A stretch of DNA of 64,000 bases from Candidatus Omnitrophota bacterium (GTDB lineage Bacteria; Omnitrophota; Gorgyraeia; Aquiviventales; Aquiviventaceae): the NCBI GenBank assembly GCA_016198905.1, contig JACQHR010000013.1, forward strand, positions 6,153 through 70,152, written 5' to 3'. The notes beneath the pieces are model-generated. The model worked only from the letters and a program-made list of their open reading frames with translations, had not been told where the DNA came from and ran no database searches. This document shows, one piece after another, positions 46,793 to 54,233 of this stretch. The position numbers were made by a program, and so were the translations under genes. How positions within the stretch are numbered: the stretch's first letter is position 1; each line of letters starts with the position of its first letter.

Positions 46793-48315
46793 TAGCGTGC
46801 GTGCAAACGCTGCAGAATCGTTTCGGCCAAGGCGCGGGAGCAGCGACCGGCCCGCGCCACGTCCTCCGCAGAAGCTCGCCGAAGTCCCTCCAACGATCCA
46901 AACTCTCGCAGCAACCAGAGCTTGCGCCGCGGCCCGACACCGGCAACTGCATCCAATGCCGACGCGGTCACGGCACGCTGCCGTCGCTGACGATGAAAGG
47001 TGATGGCGAAGCGATGCGCCTCGTCGCGCACGTGTTGCACCAAATGCAGGACCGGCGACGTCGGCAGCAGCACGACCGGCTCTTGCGACCCTGGCAGGAA
47101 GATCTGCTCGAACCGTTTGGCCAGTCCCATGATCGGCAGTGTCAGCGAGAGCGCCGTCAGCTCTTCGCACGCTGCCGCCAATTGCCCTTTGCCGCCATCA
47201 ACAAGAATCAGATCCGGCAGCGGCAGTTCCCCGGCCCGACCTTCACGAGCGCCGCCCGCCCCGGCTTTCGATCCAGGCGGGCCGGGGGGGCGGGCGGTCG
47301 CCAGCGATCCACTATAACGCCGCCGGATCACCTCGCGCATCATCTGGTAGTCATCTCCGCCGTAGGCGGATCCGCCTTTGGCGGAGATGCCCTGCGCCGT
47401 TTGAATCGTAAAGCGCCGATAGTGCGCCTTGTGCGGCTTGCCATCGACAAACACGACCATCGAGCCCACGGCGAAGTCGCCGAAGATGTTGGAAATATCG
47501 AAGGCCTCGATGCGGCGCGGCAACTGCGGCAATGTGAGGGCAGCCTGCAGCTGCTCGAGCGGGCCGGCAACGAGCGATTTCTCTTTCGCGACGATGATGG
47601 AGGTGAGGGCTTGGATTTGATCGCGTACTCGAGCCGCCTCCTCAAATCGTCGATGAGACGCGGCCTGCGTCATGCGCCGCGACAGATCCCGCAGCAGCCG
47701 CTCGCGCTTGCCCTCGAGAAACGCCACGAGGTCATCGACCATCCGCTGATAATTCTGCGGCGTCACGTAGCCCACGCAGGGGGCCAAGCACTGGCCGAGA
47801 TGATACTCGAGGCACGGGCTCTTCGGGAACGTCTTGCACGTGCGCATCGGAAACACCCGGCGCAGAAACCGCACCGCCTGATGCATGAGGGTCGCTTCGG
47901 TGTACGGACCGAAGTAGTGTGCGGCGTCGTCGAGCTTGCGCCTGGCCACCACAAGCCGAGGGAACGGTTCGTTCGTGATCTTCAGCATCGGGTAGCGTTT
48001 ATCGTCGCGGAAGGTCACGTTGTAATAGGGGGTGAGGTCTTTGATGAGCTGGGCTTCGAGCAGGAGGGCTTCGGCTTCCGACGCGGTTTGGCGCGTCTCG
48101 AGATCGGCCACCATCGTCATCATCCGTGCGATGCGGGGACTGAGGAGGGGGCGGGCCGTGCGAAAATACGAGGCGACGCGCTTGCGCAGGCTCAGCGCCT
48201 TGCCGACGTAGAGCAGCCGGCCCTGCGCATCGCGAAACAGGTAGACGCCGGGCTGATCCGGAAGATGCGCTACTCGCCGGCGAAGACTTGAAACACCGGC
48301 AGTTTGCCCAGCCAT
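46792..48315 (-). CDS. uvrC: excinuclease ABC subunit C, carrying a GC-palindrome insertion
   Basis: LPDQPGVYLFRDAQGRLLYVGKA (GIY-YIG), a UVR domain (FEEAARVRDQIQAL), an RNase H-like region and a (HhH)2 C-terminus. The start is ATG 48315. The insert SLATARPPGPPGSKAGAGGAREGRAGE lies before PDLILVDGGKGQL. Confidence 0.9.
   Translation of the reverse strand: MAGQTAGVSSLRRRVAHLPDQPGVYLFRDAQGRLLYVGKALSLRKRVASYFRTARPLLSPRIARMMTMVADLETRQTASEAEALLLEAQLIKDLTPYYNVTFRDDKRYPMLKITNEPFPRLVVARRKLDDAAHYFGPYTEATLMHQAVRFLRRVFPMRTCKTFPKSPCLEYHLGQCLAPCVGYVTPQNYQRMVDDLVAFLEGKRERLLRDLSRRMTQAASHRRFEEAARVRDQIQALTSIIVAKEKSLVAGPLEQLQAALTLPQLPRRIEAFDISNIFGDFAVGSMVVFVDGKPHKAHYRRFTIQTAQGISAKGGSAYGGDDYQMMREVIRRRYSGSLATARPPGPPGSKAGAGGAREGRAGELPLPDLILVDGGKGQLAAACEELTALSLTLPIMGLAKRFEQIFLPGSQEPVVLLPTSPVLHLVQHVRDEAHRFAITFHRQRRQRAVTASALDAVAGVGPRRKLWLLREFGSLEGLRRASAEDVARAGRCSRALAETILQRLHAR
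47229..47298. repeat. GC-block palindromic element, family D copy 3 (inside uvrC; inverted relative to the tsaE copy)
   Basis: CCCCGGCCCGA-ccttcacgagc-GCCGCCCGCCCCGGC-tttcgatccag-GCGGGCCGGGGGGGCGGGCGG. Confidence 0.75.
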
Positions 48316-49904
48316 TGCAGCACCGTCGACAGTTCCTGCACGCGCAACACGCGGCACGCCACCACGTAGAAGACCATCCCCGCGACAATCACGGTCGGCA
48401 ACCCCAGCCAGGGACGCATCCCCGCAGCTGCCGCTATCCAGACGACCCAACACCCGGCACCCATGAGCAGCGAGGCGGCCGTCATGCGCAGCAGCGGCTC
48501 CGCCACCGGCTGCAGCAGCGAGACTCCGAGCCGCCGCTCGAGACATCGCGTGAGACGATACGCATTCCAGGTGTTGGACATGGCCGCGGCAAGCGCCAAG
48601 CCGGCGACGCGCAAGGGGAACATCAGCAGCACGCTCAACACCGCCCCGATCACCACCGCCTCGGCGGCCAACTTTACCGACGTCCAGGTATCGTGCAGCG
48701 CGTAGAACGCTCCCGTGATCACTTTGCTGATCGAGTAGGCCAGAAGGCCGATGGCGTAGCAGATGAGGGCTTGCGCCGTCATGATCGTCGCCTCGTGGTG
48801 GAACGCCCCGCGCTCAAACAGGCCGCCGACGATCGGAAACGCCAGGACCATCAGGCCCACCGAGGCAGGCAGGATCACAAACCCGACCATCCGCATCACG
48901 GATAGGAGCGTGGCCCGGAACCCGGCGAAATCGTCATGCGCCGCTTGTTCCGCCAGCAGCGGCAGGCTCGCCTGCGCCGAGGCGGTCCCAAACAACGCCA
49001 GCGGCAACTGGACAAGCCGGTTCGCAAAATAGATCGCCGCTACGGCCCCTTCGCCGACGATCGACGCCATCGAGGCGAGGATCGTGTCGATGAGCACATC
49101 GGCCTGGTACACCGCAGAGCCGAGCATGCGAGGCCCGAGCAGCTTCAGCGTCTTAGCTGAGCCTGGATGCGTCCACCGCCAGTGCCACCGGAATCCCAAA
49201 CGCCACGCCACGGGCAGCTGAATCGCCAGCTGAATGACGCCGCCGATCACCACCCCCACCGCCACAGCGACCACGCCCGGCGTCGTCCGCGGCACGAAGA
49301 CCACGCACGCGACGATCATGGCGGCATTAAGGATCGCGGGGCCGAGGGCCGGCATGGAAAAGTGCCGCAGCGTGTTGAGCAGCCCCATGAAATACGCCCA
49401 CAACCCGACCAGCGTGATGAACGGAAAAAGGATGCGGGTCAGCCGGACGGTGAGCGCGAACTTCTCGGGATCCGACATGAACCCGGGCGCGATCACGCGG
49501 ACAATGGCCGGGGCGGCGATCGTGCCCGCCAGCCCCAGGACGCACAGCAGCAGGAACACTTGCGTCAACAGCGCCTGGCTCAGCCGCCAGAACTCTTTCG
49601 ACTCCCCCTTCGCCTGATACCAGCTGAGCACCGGCACAAACGCGCTGGTGACCGCCCCCTCCGCGACCAAATCGCGCAGGAGATTCGGCAGCCGAAACGC
49701 GACGACGAACGCTTGCGCTTGCGCGCTGGTCCCAAAGAGATTTGCGAGCAGGATATCGCGCACAAACCCGAGGACGCGACTGACGCCCGTCGCCAAGGCG
49801 AGCACGCCGGTCGATCGCGCGATGCGTCCGGATACCGACGCGGGCTGACGGCCTTGTCCCGTCGACGGCCTCCGGTCACGAGGTGACGATTTGTCCTCTT
49901 GCAT
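48270..49904 (-). CDS. murJ: lipid II flippase MurJ
   Basis: 14-TM MOP-superfamily profile (SRVLGFVRDILLANLFGTS...AFVVAFRLPNLLRDLVAEGA). The start is ATG 49904. Confidence 0.9.
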   Translation of the reverse strand: MQEDKSSPRDRRPSTGQGRQPASVSGRIARSTGVLALATGVSRVLGFVRDILLANLFGTSAQAQAFVVAFRLPNLLRDLVAEGAVTSAFVPVLSWYQAKGESKEFWRLSQALLTQVFLLLCVLGLAGTIAAPAIVRVIAPGFMSDPEKFALTVRLTRILFPFITLVGLWAYFMGLLNTLRHFSMPALGPAILNAAMIVACVVFVPRTTPGVVAVAVGVVIGGVIQLAIQLPVAWRLGFRWHWRWTHPGSAKTLKLLGPRMLGSAVYQADVLIDTILASMASIVGEGAVAAIYFANRLVQLPLALFGTASAQASLPLLAEQAAHDDFAGFRATLLSVMRMVGFVILPASVGLMVLAFPIVGGLFERGAFHHEATIMTAQALICYAIGLLAYSISKVITGAFYALHDTWTSVKLAAEAVVIGAVLSVLLMFPLRVAGLALAAAMSNTWNAYRLTRCLERRLGVSLLQPVAEPLLRMTAASLLMGAGCWVVWIAAAAGMRPWLGLPTVIVAGMVFYVVACRVLRVQELSTVLQWLGKLPVFQVFAGE

Positions 49905-49926
49905 GGAAGCGGTTCCGTGATAGAAT
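49899..49926 (+). promoter_or_regulatory. candidate sigma70-type promoter of rpsT
   Basis: TTGCAT (49899-49904), a 16-nt spacer, then TAGAAT (49921-49926). AGGAGGA at 49939-49945 lies 6 nt before the rpsT ATG at 49952. Confidence 0.45.
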
Positions 49927-49951
49927 GGTGGCTCTTTCAGGAGGACACACA

Positions 49952-50221
49952 ATGCCGATTAAGCACGCCGCACTGAAACAGCTTCGGAAGGATCGTGGAC
50001 GCCAGCAACGCAATCAGGCCGTCCGGACGGAACTAAAAAACCTCACGAAGCGGCTGCTCACGCTGCTCAGCACGCAGAAGCTCGATGAGGCGGCTACGCT
50101 GCTCCACGTGGTCGCCAAAGAGTACGACCACGCCGCATCGAAGGGGATCATGCACCCGAACACGGCGGCTCGGTATAAATCCCGCTTGGCGCTTCAGCTC
50201 AACAAGCGCCGGTCCACGTAA
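49952..50221 (+). CDS. rpsT: 30S ribosomal protein S20
   Basis: MPIKHAALKQLRKDRGRQQRNQAVRTELKNLTKR... is basic and helical, 89 aa. It has a strong SD. It is the only plus-strand gene in the window. Confidence 0.9.
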   Translation: MPIKHAALKQLRKDRGRQQRNQAVRTELKNLTKRLLTLLSTQKLDEAATLLHVVAKEYDHAASKGIMHPNTAARYKSRLALQLNKRRST

Positions 50222-50224
50222 GCC

Positions 50225-50995
50225 TCATCGCGTCCCCGTCTCGCACAGCTCCAGGAGGAGCTGCTCCAGCGCAAGTTCCGGGCTGGCCCGCCCGCTCTTC
50301 GCATCCCGTTGCACCTGCCAGCACGACGCGAGCTGACGATCCAACACCGCTTGGGATCTGCGGACCACCTCGCTTCGAAGGCGTTCGACATGCCATATCC
50401 GTAAGCCGGTCACCGCGGCGATCTGATCCGCGGAATACCCGCTGTTCGCAAGCCGTTTGACCGCCACCCACCGCTGCACTTGCCACGCCACGAGCCCCAG
50501 CAGTTCGAAGACCTCTTTGCCTTCCACCAGTTGCTCGTGGGCTGCTCGAAGGGCTCCGGCGACGTCACCTTGCCCAAGCGCGTCGGTCAGCGCAAACGGT
50601 TTGCTGGATGCCGTCGGCCGTCCTTGAAATGATTCCACCGTGATGGCCGGATGCTGCTTGGCCAGCGCATGGCGCACGCTCAGCTCCGTCTCGACCAAGA
50701 GCACGACGCAGGCGATGGAGGCGATGGTGTCGGCGTGATGAATGAGGGCCTCGACGCACGCCGCGTCCAGACGGTGCGCGTGGTCAACAACGATCAGCCG
50801 GACGGGACTGAGTGCCGGCTGCTGGCGGCAGAGGGCCAGCAGGTCGGCCGCACTCGTGACCGCGCCGTCGAGCTCGTGCCGGTCGAGGGAGTGAACCTGG
50901 CGGGTGCGCTCAAGCTCGTGGAGGCGCTGAAGTTTCCCAGCGCGATCAGGACCAAGAAAAAGAAGGATGCCACCTATGGGGCGAGCCGACATCAT
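50225..50995 (-). CDS. holA: DNA polymerase III subunit delta (short form), probable
   Basis: 256 aa with an N-terminal LLFLGPDRAGKLQRLHEL pattern. The position downstream of lptE matches the conserved lptE-holA pairing. The sequence evidence alone is weak. Confidence 0.55.
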   Translation of the reverse strand: MMSARPIGGILLFLGPDRAGKLQRLHELERTRQVHSLDRHELDGAVTSAADLLALCRQQPALSPVRLIVVDHAHRLDAACVEALIHHADTIASIACVVLLVETELSVRHALAKQHPAITVESFQGRPTASSKPFALTDALGQGDVAGALRAAHEQLVEGKEVFELLGLVAWQVQRWVAVKRLANSGYSADQIAAVTGLRIWHVERLRSEVVRRSQAVLDRQLASCWQVQRDAKSGRASPELALEQLLLELCETGTR

Positions 50996-51021
50996 GCGTG
51001 ATGTGTTAGGCCGGTTTGGAC

Positions 51022-51603
51022 TTACCAGTTCTCAACCGTGCGCTCGACGATGCGTCGAGCTAGATCAGTCAGCGCGCGGTCAAGCGCTTGGGATTCGGTT
51101 TCCACCGTCACGTTGTTCCCCGAGGCGAAATAACTCGTATCCCCCGTGAGGCGCTCCTCTTCCCAAATGATGGCGTTGTTCGATTGATCGATGAAGCGCA
51201 GATTGACGACGACGTTGAGCCGCCACTCCTCCACCTGCTGCTGGGCGTTGTAGCGCAACGCATCGCGGCGAAACTCCACGAGCTCGCCTTCCAGGCGCGT
51301 ATCCGCGCGATCTTGGCTCGACGGGCGCATGAGTCCGGTAAACTGGAACCGGTTGATCACGGCGTTGGTCAGATCGACTTCCATGCGGTGGCGATAGATC
51401 GGATACTGTTCAGTCCCGGACGTCAGCCGCGTGACATCGATCTTGTTCGCGAAGGGTTTGATGTAGACGGTCTTATAGTTGGAGGGCAAGCCGGGTCGAG
51501 CGGAGTAGCCGCATCCGGCAGACAGCAGACAGCAGACAGCAGACAGCACAAAAGAACAACACCACTTTCTGTGTGCTTTGTGCTGTGTGCTTTGTGCTTC
51601 CAT
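51022..51603 (-). CDS. lptE: LptE-like outer-membrane lipoprotein
   Basis: Lipoprotein signal peptide with lipobox LSAGC, followed by GYSARPGLPSNYKTVYIKPFANK.... The size and the position between bamD and holA fit LptE. The ATG overlaps the bamD stop (TAATG). Confidence 0.55.
   Translation of the reverse strand: MEAQSTQHKAHRKWCCSFVLSAVCCLLSAGCGYSARPGLPSNYKTVYIKPFANKIDVTRLTSGTEQYPIYRHRMEVDLTNAVINRFQFTGLMRPSSQDRADTRLEGELVEFRRDALRYNAQQQVEEWRLNVVVNLRFIDQSNNAIIWEEERLTGDTSYFASGNNVTVETESQALDRALTDLARRIVERTVENW
51517..51601. repeat. inverted heptamer arrays (AGCAGAC / TGCTNTG) encoding the lptE signal peptide
   Basis: Left array at 51517-51551: ggcagac agcagac agcagac agcagac agcacaa. Right array at 51567-51601: ttctgtg tgctttg tgctgtg tgctttg tgcttcc. 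Confidence 0.85.
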
Positions 51604-52571
51604 TATGAAGCGGGGGACGGACGGGGCGTCAGCACTTGCAGTCTGGCGGCCGCTTGCGCCGCCCAGGACGTGGCGCCGAACTGCTGGACAATCGCTTCGT
51701 AGTAGATGCGGGCGGACTCCGGATGCCGACGCCGCTCGTAGAACTGGGCGACCTGAAACTCGTGCTGGGCGCGCCGCGTCTTCAACTCTTCCAAGCGCCC
51801 GGCCGCTTCCTTCGAGAGGCTGCTTTCCGGATACTCGTGCACGAAGGCTTCCAGCTCGCGCACCGCGTGATCCGTCGGCGACTGATCGTACTCGGCTTTG
51901 AACGTCCCCTTCAAACTCGCCTGCGCGATTTGAAAACGCGCGTCATCGACGAGCGGCGAGTCCGGATAGCGCGAGATCACTTGCTCAAACGCGCTGACGG
52001 CTGCCTCGTAATCCTGCAGTGCTAAGTGTGCCAAGCCCAGCTTGTACTGCGCTAACTGGCCGTGCTCGCTGAAGGGCCCGTCATCGACGATGGCCTGAAA
52101 AATCTCCACGGCTTTGTCGCGCGCCGGCAAAAGCGCAGCGATACCGAAGAGTTTTCGCTTCTTGCCTGCGAGGAAGTAGTTGCCCAACTGATATTCCCGC
52201 TCGAGGATCTCGTCAAAGCGTTTGGTCGAGGGATAGGTTTGGACCGTCTTGCGATATTCAAGGAAGGCTTTGTAGTAGTCGCCTTCCTCTTCGTTGCAGC
52301 GGCCCACGTAGTATTGGGCTTCGGCGGCTTCGTGGGATTGCTTGTAGGATTTCAGGAGCTTGCGAAACTCGATGCCGGCTCGGTGATAGTCGTGGCGCTC
52401 GAAGAATCCCACCGCGAAGAGCAGCTGCTCTTCCGGCGTGTCCTTCACCGCTCCGCTGGGCCCGATCCATCCGGTCTGCGGCGACCATACCCAAGCGGCA
52501 AACGCCGTCGAAGGAACCCCGACCGTGAGGATCAGCGCACTGGCAATAGAGAGGAGAACACGAGGTTTCAT
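51603..52571 (-). CDS. bamD: BamD/YfiO-like TPR outer-membrane assembly factor
   Basis: MKPRVLLSIASALILTVGVPSTAFA signal peptide. TPR repeats include YKLGLAHLALQDYEAAVSAFEQVISRYPDSPLVDDARFQIAQ. The start is ATG 52571. Confidence 0.65.
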   Translation of the reverse strand: MKPRVLLSIASALILTVGVPSTAFAAWVWSPQTGWIGPSGAVKDTPEEQLLFAVGFFERHDYHRAGIEFRKLLKSYKQSHEAAEAQYYVGRCNEEEGDYYKAFLEYRKTVQTYPSTKRFDEILEREYQLGNYFLAGKKRKLFGIAALLPARDKAVEIFQAIVDDGPFSEHGQLAQYKLGLAHLALQDYEAAVSAFEQVISRYPDSPLVDDARFQIAQASLKGTFKAEYDQSPTDHAVRELEAFVHEYPESSLSKEAAGRLEELKTRRAQHEFQVAQFYERRRHPESARIYYEAIVQQFGATSWAAQAAARLQVLTPRPSPAS

Positions 52572-52829
52572 TGAGGTGCGTTCACGATACCAAATCCCTC
52601 TCGGAAAGTCAAAATGGAGCAGTGGCCCGGCACGGGGTCGGTTCGCGGCACCGCTCCGGCCCGCCCAGCGCGCGGGCCGTTCGCTCGGGTTCCAGGCCTC
52701 GCTCGCCTCGCTGACGCTCGGCACCATGCCCGCTCGGCCTTCCACACGCGCCGCTCACTCGACCCCGTACCGTCCCCATCACCATGCTCAGAGAATTCTG
52801 CCTGTCAGTGGCACCTGCTCAACTATGCT

Positions 52830-53774
52830 TCAGAGATGCTGGAAAAGAGGAATGACCAGCAGCAGCCAGGGGATGGCGACGAGGGTCGTGAAGAGCCAGA
52901 GGGCGTTGGAGAGCTTGCGGTCAAGGCCAAACAGCAGCGGCAGCACCAGCGGCGAGACGGCGACGGGGGTCGCGGCTTCGAGCAGCACGATCGTGCGCGG
53001 CAGCCCATGGATCTGAAACAGATTGAGGAGCATCCACGCCACGAGCGGCGTATACAAGCATTTGATCCCGCTCATCACGACACACGAACGCAGCCACGGC
53101 CGCGGCGACGCCACGGTCAGTTGCGAGCCGATCGCGGTTAAATAGAGGCTCGTATCAACAGGGATGAGGACGTGATTGAACCATTCAAGCGGCATCGGAC
53201 GCGGCACGCGCGCCAGATTCAGTGCGACGCCCACGAGCATCCCAAGGAACGGATAGAGTCGCAGGTCATCGTTATAGGCTTTGCTGAACGTCGTCGGTGT
53301 GGCCGGATGGCCGTAGCGCGACGCGACCCAAAACCCCAGCGTGTAGAAACAGGGCGTGAAGAACACCAGATACAACATGCACAATCCGTAGCCGGCCTCG
53401 CCGAACAGCGCAAACGCGGTAAAGGCACCGAGGTACCCGACGTTGGAGAACAACGCGCACGTCAGAAAGCTGCCCATTTGGGGATTGGTCAGCTTGGCCT
53501 GTTTCGCATAGAGGAGGGCCGGCAGCAGTGTCGAGAATGAGATGAGCAGCCCAAGCAACGGCAGCAGCCACGGCTCGAGGCTGTGTAGATTCATCCGCCA
53601 GAACGAGAGGCACAACACCGTCGGTGACGTGATCCTCACGACGAATTGGACCAGTCGATAGGCGCGGGCTTCCGTCAGCGCCCCGCCACGGTGCAGCCAC
53701 CAGCCCAGCGCGAGCGAGCCCAGAAATAATCCGAGTCCGAGTTGCAATCGAAGCAGCATCAGGCCATGTGACAT
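52830..53774 (-). CDS. multi-pass membrane transporter, AEC (auxin-efflux-carrier)-like
   Basis: 314 aa with about 10 hydrophobic segments in a 5+5 arrangement. The family assignment rests on size and topology only. Confidence 0.45.
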   Translation of the reverse strand: MSHGLMLLRLQLGLGLFLGSLALGWWLHRGGALTEARAYRLVQFVVRITSPTVLCLSFWRMNLHSLEPWLLPLLGLLISFSTLLPALLYAKQAKLTNPQMGSFLTCALFSNVGYLGAFTAFALFGEAGYGLCMLYLVFFTPCFYTLGFWVASRYGHPATPTTFSKAYNDDLRLYPFLGMLVGVALNLARVPRPMPLEWFNHVLIPVDTSLYLTAIGSQLTVASPRPWLRSCVVMSGIKCLYTPLVAWMLLNLFQIHGLPRTIVLLEAATPVAVSPLVLPLLFGLDRKLSNALWLFTTLVAIPWLLLVIPLFQHL

Positions 53775-53824
53775 GAAACGGTTGCGTGACTGGCAATTTA
53801 TTGTAGGGACTCTTGCGGACGATA

Positions 53825-54106
53825 ACTAGTATTCCGTCCAGATGGAGTTGCGTGATGGGGCTTGGTCAGTGTGGCGGGTGACGCGCAGCCAGGTCCCCTG
53901 CGTCCGCCCGGAGTTGCCGGTCGCCGCAGGCGGCGGCTGTACGGCCGCCCGGCGACGAGGACGGACGCAGGGTGGCGAAGCGGGCCGTCGCCTCACGGCT
54001 TCCGGCACTCCCGTCGGCGACCACGCCGCTGAGGCGGCGCGGTGCCCGCCTCGGTCGCAGGCCCTGCCACACGGATCCATCACAGCAATGCTGACGGAAC
54101 ACTAGT
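53825..54106. repeat. long hairpin element, family B copy 3, with 14-bp terminal inverted repeats
   Basis: The terminal repeats are ACTAGTATTCCGTC (53825-53838) / GACGGAACACTAGT (54093-54106). The internal stems are CAGTGTGGC/GCCACAC and GTCCCCTGCGTCCGCCCG.../...GAGGACGGACGCAGGG, homologous to copy 1 with one extra compensated base pair. Confidence 0.8.
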
Positions 54107-54233
54107 CGCGTCCGACTGGAACAACCGGTAATGTCCTATTTTGATGTGATTCCACCGATGGCAGAACGGATTTCACCGATCACTCCATCGGCGGAATCTG
54201 GTTTCGCAATCTGTGGAATCACAGCTAAGGACA

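Noticed and set aside
53825-54106. Autonomous mobile element (IS/transposon) interpretation of the TIR-bounded element
   Set aside because: It has no ORF with transposase or integrase motifs inside or nearby. At most it is a non-autonomous MITE-like element or a structured RNA.
54150-54225. Hairpin downstream of comEC (GATTCCACCGATGG ... CCATCGGCGGAATC, nested in GTGATTCCAC/GTGGAATCAC) as a terminator
   Set aside because: The stem is good (14 bp with one mismatch), but no U-tract follows on the minus strand. It is recorded as a structure only, with unknown function.
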